Shown: positions 8,957 through 18,902 of the stretch, piece by piece | Position numbering within the stretch: position 1 is the stretch's first letter | Layout: each line of letters opens with the position of its first letter | Assembly (NCBI GenBank): GCA_032251315.1 | Contig: JAVVEE010000002.1 | Span: 13,332 to 77,331, forward strand | Source: Gammaproteobacteria bacterium | GTDB taxonomy: Bacteria > Pseudomonadota > Gammaproteobacteria > SZUA-229 | DNA length: 64,000 nucleotides | Direction: 5' to 3' | Translations under genes and position numbers: made by a program | Notes under the pieces: generated by a model | The model's input: the letters and a program-made list of their open reading frames with translations, nothing else | Databases searched by the model: none | Told to the model about the DNA's origin: nothing

Positions 8957-11230
8957 CTAGCCCTCTTCTTCCAGCTGTTTATACTCAACCACCAGCGACT
9001 CCACATTCCTGTAACCCTGCGGCAACTTAAGCCCGCGTCGACCGCGTTCACCGGAATAAATTTCCAGTTCCGAGGGTTTCATGGTTTTATGTTTTTTGCC
9101 CGCATGCACCACCAGCTTTTCATCAGGGCGCAACAGTGTAGCGGCGATTACCGCTTCTTCACCGGCATTGAGTTTCTTGCTCGGGATATTGATGATCTTA
9201 TTGCCCTTGCCGCGTGCCATTTGCGGCAACTGTTCCAGCGGCGTGAGCAGCAGATGGCCTTCCGAACTCACCACTACAATCTGTTCATTTTCAAGATCGC
9301 GCACTTTAACCGGCGGCAGTACTTTCGCGCCTTTGGCGACATTAAGCACGGCCTTGCCCGATTTTGTCCGGGACTGTAAATCCGCCATTTTGGTGACGAA
9401 GCCATAACCGAAGGAGCTGCACAGCAGATAAAGATCATCGGCTTGCCCCATGATTACGGAGACAAAGTTGGCACCGGCCGGCGGCGTGAAATAGCTGCTG
9501 AGGGGATCACCCTGGCCGCGTGCTGAGGGCAGTTTGTGGGCGGGCAAGGTGTAGGCGCGTCCGGTGGAGTCCAGGAACACCGCCATCTGATTACTCCGCC
9601 CCGAAGCCGCTGCCAGAAAGTGATCGCCTGATTTGTAATTTAGTTTTGAGGGATCGATATCATGGCCCTTGGCTGCTCGCGCCCAGCCCATGGATGAGAG
9701 CACCACGGTAACCGGATCGCTGGCAATCAGCGTGCTTTCATCCATCGCCTGCGCGGCACCGCGCGTCACCATGGGTGAGCGTCGATCGTCGCCATATTTT
9801 TTGGCGTCTTCCTGGATCTCTTTGCGAATCAGGGTTTTCAGACGCGTCGCCGAACCCAGAATTTTTTCCAGATAGTCGCGCTCTTCCGCCAGTGCATCCT
9901 GTTCACCGCGTATTTTCATCTCTTCGAGCTTGGCCAGATGACGCAGCTTCAGCTCAAGGATGGCTTCGGCCTGTGTATCTGAGATTCCAAAACGTGCCAT
10001 CAACACCGGTTTGGGCTTGTCGTGTTCACGAATAATGGCGATGACTTCGTCAATATTCAGAAAGGCAATCAGCAAACCATCAAGAATATGCAGACGGCTG
10101 TTAACCTTATCCAGACGCCATTGCAGGCGACGACGCACGGTCACTGTACGGAACTTGAGCCACTCCTCCAGGATCATTCTCAGGTCTTTGACCTGAGGCC
10201 GGCCATTGATGCCGATCATGTTCATGTTGACGCGGTAACTCGATTCCAGATCGGTGGTGGCGAACAGATGCCCCATTAACTCATCAACATTGACGCGATT
10301 GGAACGCGGCACAATCACCAGACGGGTGGGATTTTCATGGTCGGATTCGTCGCGCAGATCTTCCACCATCGGCAGTTTCTTCGCGATCATCTGCTGCGCA
10401 ATCTGCTCCAGCACCTTGTTGCCGGAAACCCGGTAGGGCAATGCAGTGACGATGATGGCACCATCTTCTTTTTCGTAACGCGCGCGCTGGCGAACGCTGC
10501 CGTGGCCGGTGCGATAGGTTTCCATGATGTCGGCGCGCGAAGTAATAATTTCAGCTTCGGTGGGAAAGTCCGGACCCTGAATATGCTCGCATAAATCTTC
10601 CAGCGTGCTCTTTGGTTCTTCCAGCAGACGAATGCAGGCGCTGGCCACTTCACGAATATTATGCGGCAGCATATCAGTGGCCATGCCCACCGCGATACCG
10701 GTGCCGCCGTTGAGCAATACATTCGGCAGACGCGCAGGCAGGGTTTCCGGCTCATCCAGAGAGCCGTCAAAGTTTGGCTGCCAGGTTACTGTGCCCTGCC
10801 CCAGTTCGGAGAGCAGCACTTCGGCATAGGCGGCCAGTTTGGATTCGGTGTAACGCATTGCGGCGAATGATTTCGGATCATCCGAGGAGCCCCAGTTGCC
10901 CTGCCCGTCCACCAGTGGGTAACGGTAGGAGAAAGGCTGCGCCATCAGCACCATGGCTTCGTAACAGGCGCTGTCGCCATGGGGATGGTATTTACCCAGC
11001 ACATCACCGACGGTCCGCGCCGATTTTTTGTGCTTGGCGGTGGCATTCAAACCCAGCTCGGACATGGCAAAAACAATGCGCCGTTGCACCGGCTTCAGGC
11101 CGTCACCAATGAACGGCAGGGCACGATCGAGGATGACGTACATGGAATAGTCCAGATACGCCCGCTCGGTAAACACCGACATGGGTTCCTGCTCTACGCC
11201 TTCAAAATCGATTTTTGACTGTTCACTCAT
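8957..11230 (-). CDS. parC: DNA topoisomerase IV subunit A
   Basis: The 757-aa ORF has GyrA/ParC family motifs ([22 protein letters not shown]). It is shorter than GyrA and paired with the parE-type subunit upstream. Confidence 0.92.
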   Translation of the reverse strand: MSEQSKIDFEGVEQEPMSVFTERAYLDYSMYVILDRALPFIGDGLKPVQRRIVFAMSELGLNATAKHKKSARTVGDVLGKYHPHGDSACYEAMVLMAQPFSYRYPLVDGQGNWGSSDDPKSFAAMRYTESKLAAYAEVLLSELGQGTVTWQPNFDGSLDEPETLPARLPNVLLNGGTGIAVGMATDMLPHNIREVASACIRLLEEPKSTLEDLCEHIQGPDFPTEAEIITSRADIMETYRTGHGSVRQRARYEKEDGAIIVTALPYRVSGNKVLEQIAQQMIAKKLPMVEDLRDESDHENPTRLVIVPRSNRVNVDELMGHLFATTDLESSYRVNMNMIGINGRPQVKDLRMILEEWLKFRTVTVRRRLQWRLDKVNSRLHILDGLLIAFLNIDEVIAIIREHDKPKPVLMARFGISDTQAEAILELKLRHLAKLEEMKIRGEQDALAEERDYLEKILGSATRLKTLIRKEIQEDAKKYGDDRRSPMVTRGAAQAMDESTLIASDPVTVVLSSMGWARAAKGHDIDPSKLNYKSGDHFLAAASGRSNQMAVFLDSTGRAYTLPAHKLPSARGQGDPLSSYFTPPAGANFVSVIMGQADDLYLLCSSFGYGFVTKMADLQSRTKSGKAVLNVAKGAKVLPPVKVRDLENEQIVVVSSEGHLLLTPLEQLPQMARGKGNKIINIPSKKLNAGEEAVIAATLLRPDEKLVVHAGKKHKTMKPSELEIYSGERGRRGLKLPQGYRNVESLVVEYKQLEEEG

Positions 11231-11272
11231 AATTTATTTTTTCTGATAATACAAAATACGTTTCTAAAAATT

Positions 11273-13156
11273 CTAGATCGCGGCCAGATCGCCTTTCGAC
11301 TCCAGCCAGGTTTTCCTGTCGGCGGCGCGTTTGCGCGCCAGCAACATATCCATCATCTGGTCGCTCTGATCGCCATCGGTAACAACCAGGCGGATCAGAC
11401 GCCGGGTATCGGGCGCCAGCGTGGTCACACGCAGCTGCATGGGATTCATCTCACCCAGCCCCTTGAAGCGTGACACCGAAACTTTACCGCGAATTTTTTC
11501 GGCTTCAATACGGTCGAGCACGCCCTGCTTTTCGGATTCATCCAGCGCATAAAAAACCTGCTTGCCGACATCGATGCGAAACAGCGGCGGCAACGCCACA
11601 TAGACATGCCCGGCTTTAACCAGGGCGCGGAAATGTTTGAGAAACAGCGCGCACAGCAGCGTCGCGATGTGATAACCATCGGAATCGGCGTCGGCGAGAA
11701 TGCAGATTTTGCCGTAGCGTAAATCTTTCAGCTGGTCATTGCCCGGTTCGATACCCAGCGCCACCGAAATGTCGTGCACCTCCTGCGAAGCCAGTACCTG
11801 ATCGGACTCCACTTCCCAGGTATTCAGGATTTTTCCGCGCAGCGGCATAATTGCCTGAAACACCCGATCACGCGCCTGCTTGGCCGAGCCGCCCGCCGAG
11901 TCACCTTCCACCAAAAAAAGTTCGGTGCGCTCCAGATCCTGCGAGGAGCAGTCGGCCAGTTTGCCCGGCAGGGCCGGCCCGGTGGTGACTTTTTTACGCA
12001 CCACCTTACGGCCTGCGCGCAATCGTCTCTGGGCATTATCAATGGCCAGTGTGGCAATGGCTTCACCGGCCTCGGTATGCTGGTTCAGCCACAGACTAAA
12101 TGCATCCTTGACCACGCCGGAAACAAACGCGGCGCATTCACGTGAAGACAGCCGCTCTTTGGTCTGGCCGGAAAACTGCGGGTCACTCAGCTTCACCGAG
12201 AGCACGTAACAGACGCGATCCCAGACATCTTCGGGGCTGAGTTTAACGCCACGCGGCAGCAGGTTGCGAAACTCACAGAACTCGCGCAGCGCTTCGGTCA
12301 AACCGGTGCGCAGGCCGTTGACGTGAGTACCACCCTGCGCCGTGGGGATCAGATTAACGTAGGACTCACCCACCAGCTCACCGCCTTCCACCAGCCAGCT
12401 CAACGACCAGTCGACCTGTTCATGGGTGCCTTGCATACTGCCGGAGAAAAGCTCCTGCGGCAGCATTTCCCGCCCCGACAGATACTCACTCAGATAATCT
12501 TCCAGACCGCCCTGATACAGCCACGACTCCTGCTCACCGCTCTTCTCATCGAAAAAATCAACTTTAAGACCTGGGCATAACACCGCTTTGGCACGTAACA
12601 CATGCTTAAGTCGCGACACCGAAAAATTAGCTGAATCGAAATATTTTTTCTCCGGCCAGAAGCGAATGCTGGTGCCGGTATTGCGCTTACCGACCGTGCC
12701 GATTTTTTCCAGTTCCGAGGTTTTTGCACCGTGCGCGAAACTCATGTGATAAACATCGCCGTCACGTCGCACTTCAACCCCCAGTTTGACCGACAGCGCA
12801 TTGACCACCGACACGCCAACACCGTGCAGCCCGCCGGAGAACTGATAGTTATCGTTGGAGAATTTACCGCCCGCATGCAGGCGGGTGAGAATAACTTCGA
12901 TACCGGAGACGCCTTCCTCGGGATGGATATCCACAGGCATGCCGCGGCCATCATCACGCACCGAGAGCGAGCCATCCTTGTGTAAAGTCACTTCGATGTG
13001 GCTGGCGTGCCCAGCAACCGCCTCATCGACGCTGTTATCAATAACTTCCTGCGCCAGATGATTGGGACGGGTGGTATCTGTGTACATGCCCGGGCGTTTC
13101 TGCACCGGTTCGAGGCCTGTTAATACCTCAATCGCGGAGGCATCGTATTTACTCAT
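11273..13156 (-). CDS. parE: DNA topoisomerase IV subunit B
   Basis: The 627-aa ORF has a GHKL ATPase N-terminus (GLHHL-like, DNSVDEA), a TOPRIM EGDSAGG motif and ParE length (no GyrB insert). Confidence 0.92.
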   Translation of the reverse strand: MSKYDASAIEVLTGLEPVQKRPGMYTDTTRPNHLAQEVIDNSVDEAVAGHASHIEVTLHKDGSLSVRDDGRGMPVDIHPEEGVSGIEVILTRLHAGGKFSNDNYQFSGGLHGVGVSVVNALSVKLGVEVRRDGDVYHMSFAHGAKTSELEKIGTVGKRNTGTSIRFWPEKKYFDSANFSVSRLKHVLRAKAVLCPGLKVDFFDEKSGEQESWLYQGGLEDYLSEYLSGREMLPQELFSGSMQGTHEQVDWSLSWLVEGGELVGESYVNLIPTAQGGTHVNGLRTGLTEALREFCEFRNLLPRGVKLSPEDVWDRVCYVLSVKLSDPQFSGQTKERLSSRECAAFVSGVVKDAFSLWLNQHTEAGEAIATLAIDNAQRRLRAGRKVVRKKVTTGPALPGKLADCSSQDLERTELFLVEGDSAGGSAKQARDRVFQAIMPLRGKILNTWEVESDQVLASQEVHDISVALGIEPGNDQLKDLRYGKICILADADSDGYHIATLLCALFLKHFRALVKAGHVYVALPPLFRIDVGKQVFYALDESEKQGVLDRIEAEKIRGKVSVSRFKGLGEMNPMQLRVTTLAPDTRRLIRLVVTDGDQSDQMMDMLLARKRAADRKTWLESKGDLAAI

Positions 13157-13269
13157 GAATAGAACTCTTGATGGATCATCGTTATATCGGATTGCTGCTT
13201 TGGCGGCTAATAGTACAGGCCGGAGGCTAAATCCTCCAGTATTAAATAGTTAAAATTTAGAGACTTTTA

Positions 13270-13360
13270 CCGCAGAGGCGCGGAGACGCAGAGAAGAATC
13301 CAGTTAATCGTTATTTGTGCGTAGCACCAATAAAAACTCTGCGCCTCCGCGCCTCTGCGG
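13270..13360. repeat. Family A palindromic element, complete copy (24-nt arms, 43-nt AT-rich loop)
   Basis: ccgcagaggcgcggagacgcagag (13270-13293) pairs with ctctgcgcctccgcgcctctgcgg (13337-13360) with one mismatch. It lies in the parE/dsbC intergenic region. Confidence 0.8.
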
Positions 13361-13548
13361 TGAAAGTTTTTAAGTTTTTATGGACGGATGCAGCTCCAGG
13401 GTCAGAGCTTCGAAAAATCCGGCCGATCACAAAATATGAAAAGGGGTTTATTCATCGCCAGTCGGAAATGGTTCTGACTGGCTTGTTGGATAGGAGGGGT
13501 GGCGCAGACAGCTATTGACCGCTGCTGCGCCGTAAAATCTAATCCGGA

Positions 13549-14307
13549 TTAATTAACAGCAGCCTTAGCCTGTGTATTAGTCATCTCCTGCACCAGTTTG
13601 GCGGCAGGCACATAACCGGGCAGCATCTCACCGGATTCCAGAATGATGGCGGGCGTGCCTGCAACACCGATTTCCCGGGCCAGCTCGAGGTGACGCTGAA
13701 TAGGGTTGTCACACGTCTGCGCTTTGATTTTATCACCAGCTTTAACAAGATCGAGTGCTTCGTTTCTATTTTTTGCACACCAGACACTCACCGTCGTATC
13801 GTAATCACTCTTACCTTTCAGCGGCATGAAGATGTAGCGAACCTGGACGTTGCTGGCCATATATTGATCCATTTCATTATGTAAACGTCGGCAGTAGGGG
13901 CAGTCGATATCGGTCACCACGGTAATAGTGTGATCCACCTTTTTAGGGGTATAAATCAGCATGTTCTCTTCGCCCAGGGCATTGATCGCAGTCAAACGTA
14001 TTTTGGATTTGGCCTGTTCGGTGTAATTGACGCGACTGGATAAATCGACCAGATTCCCATCCAGCATATAACGCGCGTTCTGGTCCATATAGACCACCTG
14101 AGCGCCCACAATCACCTCGTATAAACCGGGAATGGGAGATTCACTAATCTGGCTGATCTCGGTGCCGGGCAGATGTTTGGCCAGTGCTTGTTCCAGCGTT
14201 TCGATACCGCTATCCGCCGAAAAAGCCGGAGTGGCGGCTAACAGCAGAGACAAAGGAAGAAGAAAAAAACCGAATGCCGGCCTGATTACTGCTTTAGATA
14301 AACTCAT
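13549..14307 (-). CDS. dsbC: Thiol:disulfide interchange protein, DsbC family
   Basis: It has a signal peptide (LLLAATPAFSA), a CPYC thioredoxin-fold motif and adjacency to xerD as in E. coli. The ORF track start at 14346 adds 13 aa; the ATG at 14307 gives a normal signal peptide. Confidence 0.85.
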   Translation of the reverse strand: MSLSKAVIRPAFGFFLLPLSLLLAATPAFSADSGIETLEQALAKHLPGTEISQISESPIPGLYEVIVGAQVVYMDQNARYMLDGNLVDLSSRVNYTEQAKSKIRLTAINALGEENMLIYTPKKVDHTITVVTDIDCPYCRRLHNEMDQYMASNVQVRYIFMPLKGKSDYDTTVSVWCAKNRNEALDLVKAGDKIKAQTCDNPIQRHLELAREIGVAGTPAIILESGEMLPGYVPAAKLVQEMTNTQAKAAVN

Positions 14308-14411
14308 AATGTGCACACTCTTGTTAACTTGAATCATTACAGACAAGCCGTATTATAGATAATTCCATCGTCCCTGAGTAATTCAATCAATGCGGATCTA
14401 ATGCACATCCG

Positions 14412-15335
14412 CTAACCGCGCGGATGGTGCTGGTGATAAAGATCCTGCAAACGCTGATCGGCAACGTGGGTATAGATTTGTGTGGTTGAAATATCACTGT
14501 GGCCCAGAAGCATTTGCACCACGCGTAAATCCGCACCATGATTGAGCAAATGCGTGGCAAAGGCATGACGCAAAGTGTGGGGCGATAAAGTATTCACTTC
14601 AATGCCTGCTTTCAGGCCATTGCGTTTGATCATGTACCAGAAGGCCTGACGACTCATGGCCTGCCCGCGGCGGGTCACAAACACCGCATTGGTCGCTTTG
14701 GCCTGTACCGGCAGGAGCACGGGGCGGGCCTGCTTTAGATAGCGCTCAATCCACTCCAGGGCAATCTCACCCACCGGCACCAGCCGCTCTTTATCACCTT
14801 TACCCATCACCCGGACAACACCGGGTTCGAGTGATATTTGTGACAACTGCAAACTCACCAGTTCGGTGACGCGCAATCCGGTTGCGTAAAGCAATTCCAG
14901 CATGGCGCGGTCGCGCAAACCAAGATCATCGGAAACATCCGGAGCATTAAGCAAGGCTTCAACCTGTGTTTCGTTGAGCGTTATCGGCAGGTAACGTTCG
15001 GCTTTGGGTGATTCCAGTAACTGGGTCGGATTTTCCTGAATTTTTTTCTCGCGCAATAAAAATCCATAAAAACGCCGCAAAGAGGATAACAAGCGGGCGG
15101 CTGAACGCGTTTTCTGGCCAATTTTATGCTGCTGATTCAAATAATCCTGAATAGAAACGGTATCGGCGGTAAAAAATGTTTTCTCCTGCCGGTTCAGCCA
15201 CAATGCAAAACCGGCCAGATCACTGCGATACGCCGACAGTGTATTTTCGCTGAGCGCATTCTCCATCCACAAATGGTCAATAAAATATTCCAGCAACCTC
15301 TGCTCATCGGCAGGAATACAATCGGCTTTAGCCAT
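14412..15335 (-). CDS. xerD: Site-specific tyrosine recombinase XerD
   Basis: It is near-colinear with E. coli XerD, including LRHAFATHLLNHGADLRVVQMLLGHSDISTTQIYTHV. Confidence 0.93.
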   Translation of the reverse strand: MAKADCIPADEQRLLEYFIDHLWMENALSENTLSAYRSDLAGFALWLNRQEKTFFTADTVSIQDYLNQQHKIGQKTRSAARLLSSLRRFYGFLLREKKIQENPTQLLESPKAERYLPITLNETQVEALLNAPDVSDDLGLRDRAMLELLYATGLRVTELVSLQLSQISLEPGVVRVMGKGDKERLVPVGEIALEWIERYLKQARPVLLPVQAKATNAVFVTRRGQAMSRQAFWYMIKRNGLKAGIEVNTLSPHTLRHAFATHLLNHGADLRVVQMLLGHSDISTTQIYTHVADQRLQDLYHQHHPRG

Positions 15336-15368
15336 AATCTTTAGTTAAATTCATAATATTTCTAACAA

Positions 15369-15405
15369 TAAAAAAAGGGGCATCTGTCAATGACACATGC
15401 CCCTT
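15369..15405 (-). terminator. Rho-independent terminator of the Lys/Ala-rich protein gene
   Basis: The minus strand reads GGGGCAT-loop-ATGCCCC followed by a T7-8 run, about 30 nt after the stop codon. Confidence 0.75.
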
Positions 15406-15435
15406 CCACCAACTTTCAGTTTTAACGCTTACGTC

Positions 15436-15942
15436 TTATTTTTTAGTCGTACGACGTTTTTTACGTTTTGCTGGTTTCATGGCTTTATCGATCTTAGCCA
15501 TCTCTTTCTTGGTCCACTTATCTACAAATGAAGCCACAGCGGCCTCTTTCTTTTGGGCCATCTTCAGCATCATCGCCTGACGCTTGTTAGCGGCAGCAAC
15601 TTCTGCTTTAGCTTCTTTTAAAGCGGCAGCGGCGGCAGCAATGCGCTCACGCGTCTTCCGCTTAGCTTCTGCGGCAGCTATACGAGCCTGTTTTTTGCGT
15701 GCGGCGGCTTCTTTTTTCTTAGTTGCAGCTGCTTTCTTTTTAGCAGCGGCAGCCTTTTTCTTAGCGGCTACGTTAGAAGCTGATTTTTTCTTTACCGCTT
15801 TTTTCTTTACTGCTTTTTTCTTTACAGCCTTCTTTTTAGGAAGTGTCTTCTTAGCTACTTTGCGTTTAGCAGTCGCCGCTTTCTTTTTCAGCGCTGTTTT
15901 CGCAGTAGTTTTTTTCTTGGTTTTTGTTTTAGCTTGTGCCAT
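15436..15942 (-). CDS. Lys/Ala-rich histone H1-like / AlgP-like basic protein
   Basis: The 168-aa ORF is about 40% Lys plus Ala-rich, with KKKAV x3 and AAKKKAA repeats encoded by tandem 15-nt DNA repeats. Confidence 0.6.
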   Translation of the reverse strand: MAQAKTKTKKKTTAKTALKKKAATAKRKVAKKTLPKKKAVKKKAVKKKAVKKKSASNVAAKKKAAAAKKKAAATKKKEAAARKKQARIAAAEAKRKTRERIAAAAAALKEAKAEVAAANKRQAMMLKMAQKKEAAVASFVDKWTKKEMAKIDKAMKPAKRKKRRTTKK

Positions 15943-16085
15943 TTTTGCGTCCTCTTTTGTGAGTTACCATCCGGAGTATAAAAGGATAATTTAATATAGC
16001 AAATGTTTTTTTTAATTTATAACAAATTTTTTATCTTTAAAATCAAAGATTACAAAATATTTTCTGTAAAAAATGCTTCCAATAA

Positions 16086-17237
16086 TCAAAATTTGAATCC
16101 TGTTTGAACAACTGCGCCCAGTGATTCACCTGCGCCTGACATCACTGCGAGATCCAGATTAAAGCCTAACCAGAGACCAACTCCGGCGGTGTAAAGCGCT
16201 TCTTTATCGGCGCTGGAAATGCCATCAGCCATGTTTTTAATCATACCCAAACGCAATTGTGCGTAATCAAAAGCATTGAATTCCATGCCCAATGACAGAT
16301 TCTGTCTTTTCAGTCCGGTCACTGTACCTGTTGACACAATTGAATCATTTTCTGTCAAATCAAGATCTGCTCCCAAAGTAAGAACATCGCCACTGTAAGC
16401 CACACCGACTTTCAGCTGCGTATCAAATAATAGTGTGGTTGTAGTCGTGACATTGTTTGCATCGGTGGTTTGAAAGGACATTTCTTCTGTCATCAGGTTT
16501 TTGACGGTCACGCCGACGCGAACATTGTCGCTCACAGCCATCACCATGCCCAGATCAAGCGTAGTGAAGTCGCCCAGATCCTGTATATCATCGGTCAGAT
16601 TATCCAGCCCGGTATCAGGCAATGAAATAGACTCGGAATATTTCACCGCTTCAACATTCACGATTTTCGGCGTTAAACCTATCGACACTTTCTTTTCCAT
16701 CAGCTCAAAGCTGCGGGCAATCGAAAAACCCACTTCAGTGGTTTGCGCACCGACAATATTGAGTAGATTGTAAGTTGGGTCATCAATGGTAAATATATCC
16801 TGTGAAACATTGCTCAGCCCGCCTGCCACAACCACATCCATGCGGGCGCTGACGGCCATGGAGTATTTTTCGGTGGTAAAGCCTACAGCCAATGCCCCGG
16901 ACAGTTCGGGCGCGATCACCTTGCCATCCAGCCCTTGTGCAATGGCCAATTTTTCAAAGTCGTCAGCGCTCTCCTGAAACGCATCAATGTCATCAATAAC
17001 GCCGTCGTTATCGCTGAAAAAAGCCCCGGCTGTGAGTAACAATGAAAAATCATCGTCCACCTTTTGAAAAGAAAGCATCGCCGGATTGGCAAAAGGTGCA
17101 GTGGCAATATCAGCGGTCGCTATACCGACATTACCCATACCCAAAGAGCGTGCTTCGTGCGCAAAAGGCGCCGCCATCACCGAATGTGAGGCGGCTGCCA
17201 GTGCCACTGCACAAAACCCAATTTTAACTTCCTTCAT
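16086..17237 (-). CDS. Outer-membrane beta-barrel protein (TraF_2-like family, often annotated as conjugal transfer protein TraF but chromosomal here)
   Basis: It has a signal peptide, the N-terminal motif ARSLGMGNVGIA...NPAML, alternating beta-strand patterns and a C-terminal ...GFKF. The family assignment is from memory. Confidence 0.55.
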   Translation of the reverse strand: MKEVKIGFCAVALAAASHSVMAAPFAHEARSLGMGNVGIATADIATAPFANPAMLSFQKVDDDFSLLLTAGAFFSDNDGVIDDIDAFQESADDFEKLAIAQGLDGKVIAPELSGALAVGFTTEKYSMAVSARMDVVVAGGLSNVSQDIFTIDDPTYNLLNIVGAQTTEVGFSIARSFELMEKKVSIGLTPKIVNVEAVKYSESISLPDTGLDNLTDDIQDLGDFTTLDLGMVMAVSDNVRVGVTVKNLMTEEMSFQTTDANNVTTTTTLLFDTQLKVGVAYSGDVLTLGADLDLTENDSIVSTGTVTGLKRQNLSLGMEFNAFDYAQLRLGMIKNMADGISSADKEALYTAGVGLWLGFNLDLAVMSGAGESLGAVVQTGFKF

Positions 17238-17363
17238 AAATCACCTTTGTTCTATTAATTTTTAATGTGTTTGTCGCCCGTCATATTGGATAGCCATAAC
17301 AGGCGGGTTTAAATTACAATGTGCGACTTTACGCAGACCGTACTTTACCTATAAATAACCACA

Positions 17364-17822
17364 ATGAGCAAGATGAATATACCTGCCTCCCCCGCTACTC
17401 CGGTGACTTTATTACGCAGATTAATGGCGATTTTTTATGATTTTTTTCTGCTCACCGCCATTCTTTTTCTGGCCACGGCACTGGTTAATGCTATAAATCA
17501 GGGCAGGGCTATCGATCCAGACAGCCGCTACATCCTGCTTTTTGATTTATATCTGGTGAGTATTATTTTTTTCTATTTCGGCTGGTTCTGGACGCATGGC
17601 GGACAGACGCTGGGGATGAAAACCTGGAAAATAAAATTAATCAGTAACGATTCAGATAATGTTAACTGGAAACAGGTGCTGATTAGAGAAATCACTGCGG
17701 TGATTTCCTGGCTTTGCCTTGGTCTTGGTTTCTTCTGGTCGCTTTTCGATAAAAAAAGGCGCAGCTGGCATGATATGACTTCCCGCACCACGCTGATTGA
17801 TTTGAGAACGTCGGACAGTTAA
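17364..17822 (+). CDS. RDD family membrane protein
   Basis: The 152-aa ORF has the R..(A)..D...L N-terminal pattern and three TM segments ending in WHD. Its location beside lptG is a common one. Confidence 0.65.
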   Translation: MSKMNIPASPATPVTLLRRLMAIFYDFFLLTAILFLATALVNAINQGRAIDPDSRYILLFDLYLVSIIFFYFGWFWTHGGQTLGMKTWKIKLISNDSDNVNWKQVLIREITAVISWLCLGLGFFWSLFDKKRRSWHDMTSRTTLIDLRTSDS

Positions 17823-17837
17823 ACAGACAGCAACCGA

Positions 17838-18902
17838 TTAACGGATTCGCCGTATCAAAAAGAGATTGATTACTGCGACTGTGAGCAGTGGGATTAAGGC
17901 GCTGAGCATGGGCATCAAGCCATACACCACACCCAGGTGATTAACGGCCCGATTAAAGACAAAAAACAGTATGCCCAGCAGCAGGCCTATGATCACCTGC
18001 TGTCCGGTTCCGCCTGATCTTGCCGTGGTGGAAAACACCAGCGGTACGGCAATCAACAACATTACCAGACAGGTTAGCGGGGTGAATAACTTAACCCAGA
18101 AGGCAAGCCGGTAGGCGGCAGCATCCAGATTGTTTGCCTCCAGATAATCACTGTAGCGCATCAGCGATGCTATGGACATATCCTCCGGTTCCAGCCTGAG
18201 CACCTCGAACAGATCCTTTTTAATCAAACTCGGCCATTCTTCGCTGGCGTTTTGGCGGCTGTCCACACCCGCTTCAGAAATTTCACTGTGCCTGACCTCT
18301 TTCAGCTGCCAACGTCCGTCTTTGAAAAATGCATGTTCTGCACTGGTTGTGCGTTCGAGTTTTCTGTTCTCATCCAGTTCGTAAACCTTGATGTTGTACA
18401 GTTGCATATCCGGCATTACGGTCTGTATATTAAAATAGCGATTTCCGTCTCGCGCCCATAAACCGTGCTCACCGCCCACCAACACCTGCTCATCCATGGC
18501 GGCGGCGCGTAGGGCCTTGGCATTACTGGTTGTCTGGGGCACTATGAACTCGCCTGCTAATCCCACCAGCACCGCCAGTACCAGACCCGTCTGCAATACT
18601 GAACGAACAATTCTTGCTACGCTGATACCCGATGCACGCATCACGATCAGCTCGGAATTGTTGGCCATTGCTCCCATGGAAATCAGCCCGCCCAGTAAAA
18701 TAATGGAAGGCGCCAGCAGATAGAGACTGTCGGGCAAGCTCAGCAAGACGAAGGCAATTGCCTCTACCAGGCCAAAATCCTTGGTACCGATGTGCTCCAG
18801 CTGCCGGACAAAATTAATGAACGTAAAAAGCGCTGCAAACACAAATAGTGCGATGGCAGAGCCGCTTAGAATGGATCGGGCAATATAACGATCGATAATC
18901 AC
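17838..18902 (-). CDS. lptG: LPS export ABC transporter permease LptG
   Basis: The 354-aa ORF is a YjgP/YjgQ family member (MIIDRYIARSIL start) and overlaps the lptF stop codon. Confidence 0.9.
   Translation of the reverse strand: MIIDRYIARSILSGSAIALFVFAALFTFINFVRQLEHIGTKDFGLVEAIAFVLLSLPDSLYLLAPSIILLGGLISMGAMANNSELIVMRASGISVARIVRSVLQTGLVLAVLVGLAGEFIVPQTTSNAKALRAAAMDEQVLVGGEHGLWARDGNRYFNIQTVMPDMQLYNIKVYELDENRKLERTTSAEHAFFKDGRWQLKEVRHSEISEAGVDSRQNASEEWPSLIKKDLFEVLRLEPEDMSIASLMRYSDYLEANNLDAAAYRLAFWVKLFTPLTCLVMLLIAVPLVFSTTARSGGTGQQVIIGLLLGILFFVFNRAVNHLGVVYGLMPMLSALIPLLTVAVINLFLIRRIR

Noticed and set aside
13315-13518. 67-aa ORF in the parE/dsbC spacer
   Set aside because: It starts inside the loop of the family A palindrome and reads through its right arm. 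It has no RBS and its composition is not protein-like.
15584-15994. 136-aa ORF antisense to the Lys/Ala-rich gene; Ala/Phe/Ser-rich ORFs at 53522-54217 antisense to tolA
   Set aside because: They are mirror images of low-complexity AAG/GCN repeats (giving Phe/Ala/Leu runs). The sense-strand genes have proper context, a terminator or operon position.
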